Positions 7,500 to 15,925 of a stretch of DNA of 43,987 bases are shown here, piece after piece. The stretch's first letter is position 1. Every line of letters begins with the position of its first letter. A model generated the notes under the pieces. That model was not told the origin of the DNA. It searched no databases and saw nothing but the letters and a program-made list of their open reading frames with translations. This DNA is from a virus (taxonomy: Duplodnaviria > Caudoviricetes): positions 1-43,987 of IMG/VR virus record IMGVR_UViG_3300038829_000010, one strand, 5' to 3'. A program made the position numbers and the translations under genes.

Positions 7500-8266
7500 T
7501 TGTCCCACCCCTGTTTCTTAAACTCCATCGCCCACCGCGCTTTCACTTCCTTCTCTAGCTTCAGGTAGTGAAGCGCCTCTGGCCGTAGGTATTTCTCGCT
7601 CCCGACCGCCTTGCGCGCCTTGCCCCGGCCTAGCCCCAGGTTTTGCCCATTGGCAAACGCGTACCCGCCGAACATAAGCGCACCGGCTTCCCATGACGTG
7701 CTGTCGACGGAGTGGAACGGGAACCGCATGAGGCTGTCGCGCCCCATCACGCCGAAGGCATGGGTCTTCTTTGGCCAGATACGGCTCATGCACTCCGTCA
7801 GCCAGGCGTTGCGGTCGGCCGAGGACTTCACTGGCACCAGGCCACCGAGCCCGACCTTGTCGAAGTTCTTGGCGTACTCGGCGAGGAACTCCCACGGCTC
7901 GCCATAATGGAACGTCGGAAATGCGGCCACGCCGGCCTTCTTCATGTACATAGCGTTCTCGTACGACTTGCGCGGGTCGCCGATCACGTCGAGCGCGGCG
8001 CACTCGTTCCATCCGCCTTCCTTGATCTCCTTAATAAGCTCGTCGATGTCGATCTTCTTGTTCTTCGACTTAGCCGTATAGGCTCCGGAGTCGAGCATCG
8101 TCTTAAATGTGCGTATGGTCTTGTACTGCTCAAGGTTTGTCTTCTGGACTTGCTTAAGGAAGTAGAAGCTCATAAGCACCGCGGGTTCGGTCTGCTCGCC
8201 TTTGAAGCTGGCGAGCGAAGCGAGTTCGGGGGCCGTGCCGATGGTTCCCAGGTAGAGAGTCGTCAC
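7496..8266 (-). CDS. dpdA: Phage DNA deazaguanine transglycosylase (TGT-like)
   Basis: MLDSGAYT, ALDVIGD, PTFHYGE, VGLGGLV, HAFG and SVDSTSW motifs; embedded among preQ0 genes. Confidence 0.85.
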   Translation of the reverse strand: MTTLYLGTIGTAPELASLASFKGEQTEPAVLMSFYFLKQVQKTNLEQYKTIRTFKTMLDSGAYTAKSKNKKIDIDELIKEIKEGGWNECAALDVIGDPRKSYENAMYMKKAGVAAFPTFHYGEPWEFLAEYAKNFDKVGLGGLVPVKSSADRNAWLTECMSRIWPKKTHAFGVMGRDSLMRFPFHSVDSTSWEAGALMFGGYAFANGQNLGLGRGKARKAVGSEKYLRPEALHYLKLEKEVKARWAMEFKKQGWDK

Positions 8267-8640
8267 AGGTAATACTCCGCAACGCTGTTCTGTGTCTCTG
8301 AAACCAACACGCGCGACAACACCGCCGCACCACCAGACAATGCTATGACCTTCGGCGCCATAACTTCGAACAAGGCTTGTGCGATCACCTCGCTGGTCGG
8401 GTTCTCATAAATATCGTTGAGGAAGCGATGGTCGAGAATCTCCACATGCTCCTTCATAAGGATACCTATGTCGTAATAGTCGAACAACATACCGCGCTTC
8501 GGGCCAGTGCTGTTGAGTGCCTTACCGGATACCTCGACGGTAATGGTCCAGGTATGGCCGTGAAGCCCACGGCACTTCCCGTCATGGTGTGGCAACTGGT
8601 GCGCGGCTTCAACCTGCTTTGTCTTTCGTAGTATGAACAT
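8263..8640 (-). CDS. queD: 6-carboxy-5,6,7,8-tetrahydropterin synthase
   Basis: AAHQL..HDGKCRGLHGHTW, LDHRFLN and NPTSE motifs. Confidence 0.95.
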   Translation of the reverse strand: MFILRKTKQVEAAHQLPHHDGKCRGLHGHTWTITVEVSGKALNSTGPKRGMLFDYYDIGILMKEHVEILDHRFLNDIYENPTSEVIAQALFEVMAPKVIALSGGAAVLSRVLVSETQNSVAEYYL

Positions 8641-9614
8641 TAGGCTTTCTCCATGCTCGTGATCCACAGGTATTTATTCTTCATCACAAGAGTTGCGCGC
8701 ACCTTGGTGCCGGCCTCTTTTGCTTCCTTGGCGAACTTCACGATGCTGTCTTCGATCGTGTAGTAAGCGGCGTTGTCTGCCTCGTCAGGGCGGATCACGT
8801 TAACGCCCTGTTCTTCCAGGCTCGTGCCGGCGACGCGCTTGATCTTGAACTCGCGCTCGTATTCCTCGCCTTCAGAGGTTTCCTTTTTAGACTCTTTAAC
8901 CGCCTTCTCCTTAGGCGCCTTGTCCTTTTTAGGCTCTTTAACCACCGGCTCCTTCTTAGGAGGCGGCGGAGGCATCTCGGCCTGCGGCATGGTAGGCAGT
9001 ATGCGTACCTGCCAGTCCATGCAGATCATGGCCAACACTTCGCCCCAGTCCATCTCTTTACCGACGCGCAGGCAGTATTTCTGCACCGCGCCGCTGATGA
9101 TTGCCTTAGCTTCCTTTGTCAACTTCAGCGTTTCGAGAACCACGAACTTGCGGTCGGTTTCCTTCGGCGCGATGTATTCCGCGGCCATGAAGAGGTCGAT
9201 CTCTTCTTGAGTATAACCGAGCGTCGACTGACCCTTCTCGTTAATTTTCTTTAAGAGCACGCCAAGACCAAGAGCGTCGACATACGAATGTTGAGCGATC
9301 CTGTTGTCCGCTATAAGGTCAGCGAGCTCGGACTGCTCGTCGGCATACTCCTGGTACTCGACCGGCACCTGTTTAAGTTTCAAGGACTTTGCTGTCAACA
9401 GACGTCCATGGCCCTTGACCACAAGCCCGGAGAGCTTTGATACCACGATCGCTTCACGCCAGCCGTTAACACGAAGGATGCCGGCGAGCATTCGAATTTG
9501 TTCGTCGGGGTGGACGTTTGCATTGAGCGGGTTCGGTTTGACTTTATTGATGTCAACCATCTCGCCCATGCAGTACACTTTCGGTTCTTCCGTCAGCATG
9601 TCTTCTTGTGACAT
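8640..9614 (-). CDS. ParB/Srx N-terminal domain protein (DNA-modification-associated type)
   Basis: PNPLNANVH, GHGRLLTAK and LIADNRIA motifs; first gene of the deazaguanine cluster. Confidence 0.85.
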   Translation of the reverse strand: MSQEDMLTEEPKVYCMGEMVDINKVKPNPLNANVHPDEQIRMLAGILRVNGWREAIVVSKLSGLVVKGHGRLLTAKSLKLKQVPVEYQEYADEQSELADLIADNRIAQHSYVDALGLGVLLKKINEKGQSTLGYTQEEIDLFMAAEYIAPKETDRKFVVLETLKLTKEAKAIISGAVQKYCLRVGKEMDWGEVLAMICMDWQVRILPTMPQAEMPPPPPKKEPVVKEPKKDKAPKEKAVKESKKETSEGEEYEREFKIKRVAGTSLEEQGVNVIRPDEADNAAYYTIEDSIVKFAKEAKEAGTKVRATLVMKNKYLWITSMEKA

Positions 9615-9702
9615 TGTATCTCCTTAAAGAATAGTAGGCTTGTGCTTTGCTACCCCGCACTAATTTAATCCCTATGGGGTATGATCTAGGGAACCTAATT
9701 TG

Positions 9703-10254
9703 TTATTTCTTCCCACCCCATAACGGCTTCTTTGCGGGGGCGGCGGGTGCGGCGGGCTTGGCCGGCGCCGGCTTCTCAAGCTCCTTGGGATCAAACGACG
9801 TATCCTCTTGGGCCGTACCGTTCGGGTCCTCGGCCTGCGTGGCGCCCGGCTTGGTCAACTCGCCAGGATTAAACCACTTCGCGACGGCGTTCTTCGGGTC
9901 GTACCCTTCCGACTCCTCGATCTTCACGTTCACCTTAACGGTGACGTTGAGGAGGTGCTCTGGCAGGATGTCGTTATCGCCTTCCGGGTCGATACCGAAC
10001 GCTTTAAGGCTCTTGAGCGTCATGCCGTGTCCCGGCGCCCCAGGCGGAAGGAACACAAGGTAATGCCATTGCTTGCGGTCCTTATGCTCACCTTCAGCGA
10101 CGGTGAGTTCAAGAATCCACATGTCGTTCCCCTTCTTGGACTTAAGAGGATTGCCTTCCTTGTCCTTATCCTGAACGTGCGTGCAGGTCAGGAAGTATTC
10201 GCCCGGAGGGTAAACGGAACTCGGGTCGGACTTCGCGCTACCTGTATATCTCAT
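9703..10254 (-). CDS. DUF669-like single-stranded DNA-binding protein
   Basis: PPGEY...SKKGNDM..LEL.V.EGEH.DRK pattern; follows the AAA ATPase. Confidence 0.75.
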   Translation of the reverse strand: MRYTGSAKSDPSSVYPPGEYFLTCTHVQDKDKEGNPLKSKKGNDMWILELTVAEGEHKDRKQWHYLVFLPPGAPGHGMTLKSLKAFGIDPEGDNDILPEHLLNVTVKVNVKIEESEGYDPKNAVAKWFNPGELTKPGATQAEDPNGTAQEDTSFDPKELEKPAPAKPAAPAAPAKKPLWGGKK

Positions 10255-11039
10255 TTCTTTTTCTCCTTAACGAGTTCGGCTTTCTTCGCCGGCTGTGCGG
10301 CGACCGGGGCGAACGCGCCGGCAAACGACTTCCACGGATTCGCCTTGTCCAGCACGATCTCCTTCTCGTGGAGTTCATCCACGCGCGAGCGCCAGATGGC
10401 GAGGTCACTGGCTGACTTGAACGTGATGTAGTGCTGTGCCTTGCCGGCCAGCACGCGCACGCCCACGAACCCAATCATCTCCGCCTGCGCGGCGATGTAT
10501 GAGCCACCCTTACCTGACACGTTAATGCCGGCAGGGGTAGTGATGCGGCCCTGGTCGTCCTTCTCCGGGGGCTTACAATGGGCGATAAGGATCACGAGCT
10601 TGCCACTGGACTTCAGCGCGTCGGTGATGGTGTGGACCCGCTGGGCGAACTCGCCCCATAGGGCGCGCCCATCCACGCCGACCTTAACCTTACCAAGGAA
10701 CTCCACGCCGGCCTTCTTGGCGATGTCGTCCTGCATCATCTTGGCCCACTGGTCAACGCTGTCGATCACCACGGTCTTGATCGATTCGTCGGCCATAACC
10801 AAGTTCATGACTTGGTCCATCTGGTCCAATGAGTCCGCTTCGTCCGCGTGAATTTCCTGAATACGGCCCCACGCCACGCGGTCGGCACCGTTACGTTCAA
10901 GCTCAATGACGATGCTGTCTGGAGCGGAGCTTGCGAACCACGTCTTCCCGGATTTTGGGTGACCGACCACGAGCATCAAACCACTCGTAGGCATGCCGAC
11001 AACTTTTGCTTCTGTGCGAGCCTTTGCTAGCTCAACCAT
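10251..11039 (-). CDS. AAA_24 / Sak4-like ATPase recombinase
   Basis: Walker A GHPKSGKT, Walker B TVVIDS, and LIAH. Confidence 0.85.
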   Translation of the reverse strand: MVELAKARTEAKVVGMPTSGLMLVVGHPKSGKTWFASSAPDSIVIELERNGADRVAWGRIQEIHADEADSLDQMDQVMNLVMADESIKTVVIDSVDQWAKMMQDDIAKKAGVEFLGKVKVGVDGRALWGEFAQRVHTITDALKSSGKLVILIAHCKPPEKDDQGRITTPAGINVSGKGGSYIAAQAEMIGFVGVRVLAGKAQHYITFKSASDLAIWRSRVDELHEKEIVLDKANPWKSFAGAFAPVAAQPAKKAELVKEKKK

Positions 11040-11229
11040 TTAGCTTCCTCCCTGTCCACGAATTACGTTCTTTTTTATTCAGATTGCTCATCCAATGATC
11101 CATCGCTTTCTGGCAAACGTCGGACCAATATCCATTGGTCGGCCAGCGCGCACGCTCGTCACTGCACACATGGCCGGGGGTGCCAATCATGGCACACTTA
11201 AATTGCGGCGTGACTCCTTTGAATTTCAC
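11032..11229 (-). CDS. Hypothetical protein
   Basis: Overlaps both neighbouring genes. Confidence 0.55.
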   Translation of the reverse strand: MKFKGVTPQFKCAMIGTPGHVCSDERARWPTNGYWSDVCQKAMDHWMSNLNKKERNSWTGRKLNG

Positions 11230-11411
11230 TTATGGGGCCAGTCAGGGAACACGGCCAGGATGTCTTCCATGTACTTGCGGCGGGGCGTTCGTCCGGTGCG
11301 AAACCAGACGTGCGCGGTTCCCGAGTCGTTGCCTGTGACCTCGGCAAAGAGCCGGACGGTGAGCTTGTGCTTCTTGAGCCATGCGGCCCGAGCTTTAATT
11401 ATCTTGACCAT
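11226..11411 (-). CDS. Cro/XRE-like HTH regulator
   Basis: LTVRLFAEVTG...TAHVWFRTGRTP; leaderless promoter upstream. Confidence 0.65.
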   Translation of the reverse strand: MVKIIKARAAWLKKHKLTVRLFAEVTGNDSGTAHVWFRTGRTPRRKYMEDILAVFPDWPHK

Positions 11412-11417
11412 ATATGT

Positions 11418-11447
11418 AGTGTACAAATAACATTAACAACTTGTCAA
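11418..11447 (-). promoter_or_regulatory. sigma70 promoter, leaderless
   Basis: TTGACA-N18-TACACT-N6-ATG(11411). Confidence 0.7.
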
Positions 11448-11744
11448 CAGGCACGGAGCCACCCATACCATAGCCTTCTCAAAACATCCTCTCTTGTATG
11501 CCTCACGCCGCACGTTGTCCACACGTCGTTGACCAAAGAATCTCACTTTGCGGTTACGCCTAATATAATTAAGAATGTTCACAATGTGGCTTGTTTCCAA
11601 ATTCTTGATCTCAAAAACTTTCCCATCCCGAGTTACCCACTGGGTATCTTCCGCGCAATCAGGACAGCCTCCACACCACTCGTCACACCCATTAAGATAG
11701 ATATCGTCCATCCTATCCATTAGGTCGTCAGCCATGTCTCCCAT
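11433..11744 (-). CDS. Hypothetical protein
   Basis: MGDMADD...WVTRDGK...NLETSHIVNI, a phage-type small protein. Confidence 0.6.
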   Translation of the reverse strand: MGDMADDLMDRMDDIYLNGCDEWCGGCPDCAEDTQWVTRDGKVFEIKNLETSHIVNILNYIRRNRKVRFFGQRRVDNVRREAYKRGCFEKAMVWVAPCLLTSC

Positions 11745-11888
11745 GCTTACCTCGTCCAACTCATTTGACTCAATAATCTTTTCTCAATAATGTCGGCAAT
11801 AAACCGCGCGTTCAAAGTATTAACACGACGAAGTCGTAGCACCCTGGCACGCACACGCACAACGTGCCGCATGGACATGGGCCGGCGT

Positions 11889-12161
11889 CTATTCTTCAGC
11901 AAGCTTTTCTTCTATGAGCTCGAAGACGACGTCGAAGTTGGCGTCGACAACCGCCTGGCACAGCTTGCGCCGCCGCCATGGGCCAGACTTGTCCTTGCGG
12001 TAGTACGCCCACAGTTCAAGGTCCTCGATCTCGCCGCCCTCGGCTGGGTAGCCTGGGTCGCCGTTGCGTAGGTACATGACGGCGGGGCTGTATGGTGTAG
12101 CGTCACCAACGGCGTTCAAGGTGTGACCGTTTAGTACGATGTCGAAGTCAAAGGAAGCCAA
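11889..12161 (-). CDS. Hypothetical phage protein
   Basis: GGAGG RBS and TTG start; GDPGYPAEGGEIE motif. Confidence 0.65.
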   Translation of the reverse strand: MASFDFDIVLNGHTLNAVGDATPYSPAVMYLRNGDPGYPAEGGEIEDLELWAYYRKDKSGPWRRRKLCQAVVDANFDVVFELIEEKLAEE

Positions 12162-12330
12162 GTTGCTTATCCTCCGGCTTTGGTTTGGGTTTCACGGTGC
12201 GTTGCTTCTTGATCTTGCCCGGCGACTTACACCCGGCACACTGACGGGGGTAGCCCTCTCCCCCGCCCAGCCATTCGCCGCACGACTCACAGCAGTCGCC
12301 TTCCAATAGATCGTCAGCGGCTTGGCCCAT
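12148..12330 (-). CDS. Small Cys-rich phage protein
   Basis: MGQAADDLLEG.CC.SCG...GYPR.C..C pattern. Confidence 0.65.
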   Translation of the reverse strand: MGQAADDLLEGDCCESCGEWLGGGEGYPRQCAGCKSPGKIKKQRTVKPKPKPEDKQLGFL

Positions 12331-12467
12331 GGTTGCCCTCCATTTGAATTTTCTTGTTCATGCCTGGGCGATAACATTGACGGCAAATACGTCCGCCGCG
12401 ACGCGAGGGACCTCCGCAAATTCTACACCCCTTCGCTATTCGCCCCTTCCTTGTCAGCCATGCCATA

Positions 12468-12905
12468 CTAAGCCCAAATCCTCCGGAGCTTAGGCTCCTT
12501 CGCTTGCGCCAGCTTGTACGCCGCAAGCCGCTTGAACCCCATACCGATCTCGTCGTTCATCCTGGTCGCCCACTCGTCGAGCTTAGCCAGCCGGTCGGTA
12601 ATGGGTGCCGCCATGCGGGTGCGCTTAACGCCTGGCGCCTTCGGGGCCTTGCGCTCGCGCGGTATTTCAACGATGGCAGGATGGTTACCGGCCGCAACTT
12701 GGCGGCGGAACCCGTTACTGACCGCCGCTGAAGGGTCCTTGAAGTCAGGCCGCAGGCGACGAACTTCGTCCATGATTTGGACGCGGGTGAACGTACCTTT
12801 AATAAGCATCGGGTCAACGATGCCGGGGATCGACGGTAGTGTGGTAGGTTTCATTCGAATTGGCTCCCTACGAATATGATTGACTGGAACTTCTTGTCGT
12901 GGCAT
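12468..12905 (-). CDS. Hypothetical protein
   Basis: Long basic ORF in the early operon; start uncertain. Confidence 0.55.
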   Translation of the reverse strand: MPRQEVPVNHIRREPIRMKPTTLPSIPGIVDPMLIKGTFTRVQIMDEVRRLRPDFKDPSAAVSNGFRRQVAAGNHPAIVEIPRERKAPKAPGVKRTRMAAPITDRLAKLDEWATRMNDEIGMGFKRLAAYKLAQAKEPKLRRIWA

Positions 12906-13001
12906 TTACATAGGTCGTTGTACTTCGCATCCCTGCCGCAGAACTTTTGCTTACCGTTCTTCTTAATACGGGCGAGGCACTTAGGTGAGCGTGCGATCAT
13001 A

Positions 13002-13199
13002 TTACTTAACCGCCACGATCAAACCGTTCTTGATCGTAACCGTTGCATACCACTTGCGCACGTGCGGGTGAGGCCCGACCACGTTGTACTTGCCGTCTCC
13101 CTTATACTCCGGACCGAAAACTGAAGTCTCAACGAAGCGCGGCGACTGGCCCACCGCTTCCTTTAATCCCTTCTTGGTTAGGAATCCTGCACCCATCAT
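13002..13199 (-). CDS. Hypothetical phage protein
   Basis: TKKGLKEAVG...ETSVFGPEY...RKWYATV; ATGA overlap with the upstream gene. Confidence 0.65.
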   Translation of the reverse strand: MMGAGFLTKKGLKEAVGQSPRFVETSVFGPEYKGDGKYNVVGPHPHVRKWYATVTIKNGLIVAVK

Positions 13200-13357
13200 A
13201 AAAGTTTGCCTCCCTTAATTTTGCTTTCCTGTTCGTTGATCTCGGCTGTCGCAAGGTTTGAAATGTTGATCAAAACCTTGCGCAGTGACTGCGCGTCCAT
13301 CTTAGTATCGATCCCGTAGTCCGCTTGCCGCTTGATCTCTTTCATTGTGTCGCTCAT
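13196..13357 (-). CDS. Small hypothetical protein (53 aa), first gene of the early operon
   Basis: Translated by hand (MSDTMKEIKRQ...). ATG is 6 nt after the -10 box. Confidence 0.6.
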   Translation of the reverse strand: MSDTMKEIKRQADYGIDTKMDAQSLRKVLINISNLATAEINEQESKIKGGKLL

Positions 13358-13363
13358 ACCCTT

Positions 13364-13392
13364 AGTATACAGACATGTACAGGATATGTCAA
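13364..13392 (-). promoter_or_regulatory. sigma70 promoter, leaderless
   Basis: AAAATAGGTG-TTGACA-N17-TATACT-N6-ATG. Confidence 0.85.
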
Positions 13393-13416
13393 CACCTATT
13401 TTATGAAGATCGTGTT

Positions 13417-13451
13417 AAAAAAAGACCCCCCGGCAAAACTGCCCGAGGGGG
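13417..13451 (-). terminator. Intrinsic terminator ending the late operon
   Basis: CCCCCTCGGGCAGTTTTGCCGGGGGG hairpin followed by TCTTTTTTT on the minus strand. Confidence 0.8.
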
Positions 13452-13465
13452 AATACGACGCACGA

Positions 13466-14176
13466 TCAAAGTCCGTTCGTATCGACGCGCACCTTGCCGT
13501 CAGACATAAAGTACAGGATGGAGAAGCCAGGTTTCTGCGGTGTGTAGATCTCGGCCTTTGCATAGTCGGCCCAGTCCATTAAGCCCCCGGTGCGGACTAG
13601 CAGGACGTACTTCTTAACTCGCCGGCCGCGGCCGTCTATCTTAAAGTTCCCATGCCACTTCGACGTCATCTCATGGCGGTGACTCGTGGCAATAATGTCC
13701 GCGTCCGGGTAGATCGTGTAGAGCTTCTTTGAGTCAGTCCAGTTATCGCCCGACCCGTTGCCGTGGGCGAACGCAATTTTCTTGCCGTGGAACATCGCAA
13801 CACCCTGAAGCCCTTGGTACACGTTAGCTATGCCCAGGCGTTTATACAACTGGCTATCCATATCGATGCCGACTTCCTGATACGTTCGGCGGGAATGGTT
13901 CGACGTACAGGCGAATAAAATATCATGACGCGCGGGATGAAGTATGCGTGCAATATCGTCTATTTGTTCGTCTGGCGTTAGATTCTGCTCGAACATCATT
14001 CCCTTACCGCGCGATGGGATGGCGTTCTCAAACAGGTCGCCAAGGATTCCAAGCTTCGTTGGAATCTTCTTGTCCTCGGTTAGCTTTACATATTTCTCGA
14101 AGTCGTTAATGTCCGCAAACTTCGAACCGCTATGAACGCATCCAATAAGCGCGAGCCTCGCTATCACTTCTGCCAA
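13466..14176 (-). CDS. Calcineurin-like metallophosphoesterase
   Basis: GCVHSG, LGDLFE, SNH, AHG and SHRH motifs. Confidence 0.8.
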   Translation of the reverse strand: MAEVIARLALIGCVHSGSKFADINDFEKYVKLTEDKKIPTKLGILGDLFENAIPSRGKGMMFEQNLTPDEQIDDIARILHPARHDILFACTSNHSRRTYQEVGIDMDSQLYKRLGIANVYQGLQGVAMFHGKKIAFAHGNGSGDNWTDSKKLYTIYPDADIIATSHRHEMTSKWHGNFKIDGRGRRVKKYVLLVRTGGLMDWADYAKAEIYTPQKPGFSILYFMSDGKVRVDTNGL

Positions 14177-14296
14177 GGAATCCTCCGTGCGATCACTTCA
14201 CGGGCCTTCGTTAGCCAGGTGTACAAGACTACCGCCGCGGGGCGCGGCTCCTTAGACTTTGCTCGCCTAAGGAGCCGCGCAAGACGGGCGCGCATA

Positions 14297-14608
14297 CTAC
14301 TTACCGAACTTGTCTTTCAGAGCATCGACGATTGCATCGATGATGTGCGGTAGGATCGAACGGGCGATCGGTGCTAAGTACCACGGCATCGGGACAACTT
14401 GCATGATGAGTTCGGTAGCGAACTCTTTCTTCTCATCGGCCGACATGTTCTGAGACAGGCCGATCTCTTCCGCGCGCTTGACCGACCACTTCACGCAAGC
14501 GATAAGCCCTTGCAAGCTCTTGAGGTTAAACCCCTTCAGCCGGCTCAGGTTCTCCGCCGCTTCCTTCGCTTCGATAATCGAAGACGCGACTAGGTTCTTC
14601 ATGTCCAT
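14297..14608 (-). CDS. Hypothetical protein in the lysis region
   Basis: GGAGG RBS; follows the endolysin. Confidence 0.6.
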   Translation of the reverse strand: MDMKNLVASSIIEAKEAAENLSRLKGFNLKSLQGLIACVKWSVKRAEEIGLSQNMSADEKKEFATELIMQVVPMPWYLAPIARSILPHIIDAIVDALKDKFGK

Positions 14609-14618
14609 TTGTTCCTCC

Positions 14619-14879
14619 TTATTTCTGTACGGCTACAAGATTCCAATCGATCCCGCGCGTGTAGCACCGTCCAGTTTGGCACCAGTGCAGGGTCGGGATC
14701 GCATACGGTCCAAGCTCTTGAACCTTTGTCATGGCGTCGCTACGTTGCATGAACATTAAAGATTCGGTGCGCGCTGGACGGCATATTAAAGGTTTGACCG
14801 GCTCAGGCACAAACCTGGCAAGCATACCGCCAGGACAAGACCAAGCGATCCATGCGACGAGATACCAAGAGCCGATCAT
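14619..14879 (-). CDS. Putative membrane/secreted lysis accessory protein
   Basis: Hydrophobic N-terminus ending in Cys (WIAWSC); ATGA overlap with the endolysin stop. Confidence 0.45.
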   Translation of the reverse strand: MIGSWYLVAWIAWSCPGGMLARFVPEPVKPLICRPARTESLMFMQRSDAMTKVQELGPYAIPTLHWCQTGRCYTRGIDWNLVAVQK

Positions 14880-15409
14880 GGTCGCCTCGAAAAGTCCGGG
14901 TGCCGGCGCCACCCGCGCCACCGCGGGTGCGACTCCCAGTCGTGCATGGGGGCGACCTGCACATGGCTCACAGGCTTACCCCTTGCTTCAACGATTGAAC
15001 CGTCACCCATGCAGACCACGACATGCCCGATTCGGCCCCACGCATCGCTCCAGACGAAGCCCAGGTCGCCCGCCAGTGGGTTATCCGTGGGCCGGCAGTA
15101 GTCGTACTGGTAGTTTGAACCGTCTGGCAGGACTAGGCCGGCGCGCCGGTAAGCATTTTCGGTGAGCTCCGAGCAGTCCCATTCGGCGGGGTCCTCGGCG
15201 GTGAGCGGCACTTCGACTCCTAAGTGGTACGGCTTACCGACTTGGCTAGAGACGAAGTCGCATATCGCCGCGCGTTGTTTCTGCTCCTCGGTTTCCCGGT
15301 CGCCCATGCCAGGGAGTTCGACCGCTACCACGACTGCGCCAGCGGGTAGGCTCCGTGCGGTTAGCAGTTTAACCAGCTCCCAGAATAGCGTCTCGTACCA
15401 GGGCTTCAA
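14876..15409 (-). CDS. NlpC/P60 peptidase, putative endolysin
   Basis: QVGKPY..G, WDCSEL...AY...G..LP, GDLGF and GHVVV motifs. Confidence 0.85.
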   Translation of the reverse strand: MKPWYETLFWELVKLLTARSLPAGAVVVAVELPGMGDRETEEQKQRAAICDFVSSQVGKPYHLGVEVPLTAEDPAEWDCSELTENAYRRAGLVLPDGSNYQYDYCRPTDNPLAGDLGFVWSDAWGRIGHVVVCMGDGSIVEARGKPVSHVQVAPMHDWESHPRWRGWRRHPDFSRRP

Positions 15410-15822
15410 TGGCGGTCCCGGAGGACAGTAGTATCGAGTTTGACTTCTGCGAGTTCGGCACCAACTGAGTCGAGCTTGTTGCGGGCTTCTTTCATGTCGG
15501 CACTGATGGATGCTAGTCGCTCAGTGGCGACCTCATAGAATTCCCTGCTGGCCGAAAGCTGAATCTCAAGGTGCGCGATATGGTTCGTTAGTATCTTTTC
15601 AAGTGTCGCGTCTTTAACATCAATACGATCTTGGACCGCTTTGGCCGCACGGACTCTTGCATCTGCGTCCTCACGATCACGTGCGCGGCGATCAGCTAGA
15701 ACTTGCGGCGCCATACGAACAGAAGCTATCAGTGCGATGATGGCCAGGAGTACGGCTATGGCAATCTTCCACCCCGCGGCCGCAAGGATCGCTTCAAATA
15801 CTTTGATCGCTCCGAAGTCCAT
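15406..15822 (-). CDS. Putative holin (N-terminal TM segment plus coiled coil)
   Basis: IAIAVLLAIIALIA TM segment; directly upstream of the endolysin. Confidence 0.55.
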   Translation of the reverse strand: MDFGAIKVFEAILAAAGWKIAIAVLLAIIALIASVRMAPQVLADRRARDREDADARVRAAKAVQDRIDVKDATLEKILTNHIAHLEIQLSASREFYEVATERLASISADMKEARNKLDSVGAELAEVKLDTTVLRDRH

Positions 15823-15925
15823 GTTATCTCCTTTGGCGCCAGTGACGGATTTCTACGAGTGCGATCAATGCGATTAACAGAAGCGTTCCGATCCAAGCCA
15901 AGATAACAGGAGTTTTATACATTTA

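Noticed and set aside
8640-9614. ParB as evidence of a plasmid-prophage partition system
   Set aside because: No ParA or parS-like array is visible, and the gene is coupled to queD, which fits the modification-associated ParB type.
9615-9702. preQ1 riboswitch upstream of the deazaguanine operon
   Set aside because: Only weak alternative stems are present, without a proper P1 helix or A-rich tail.
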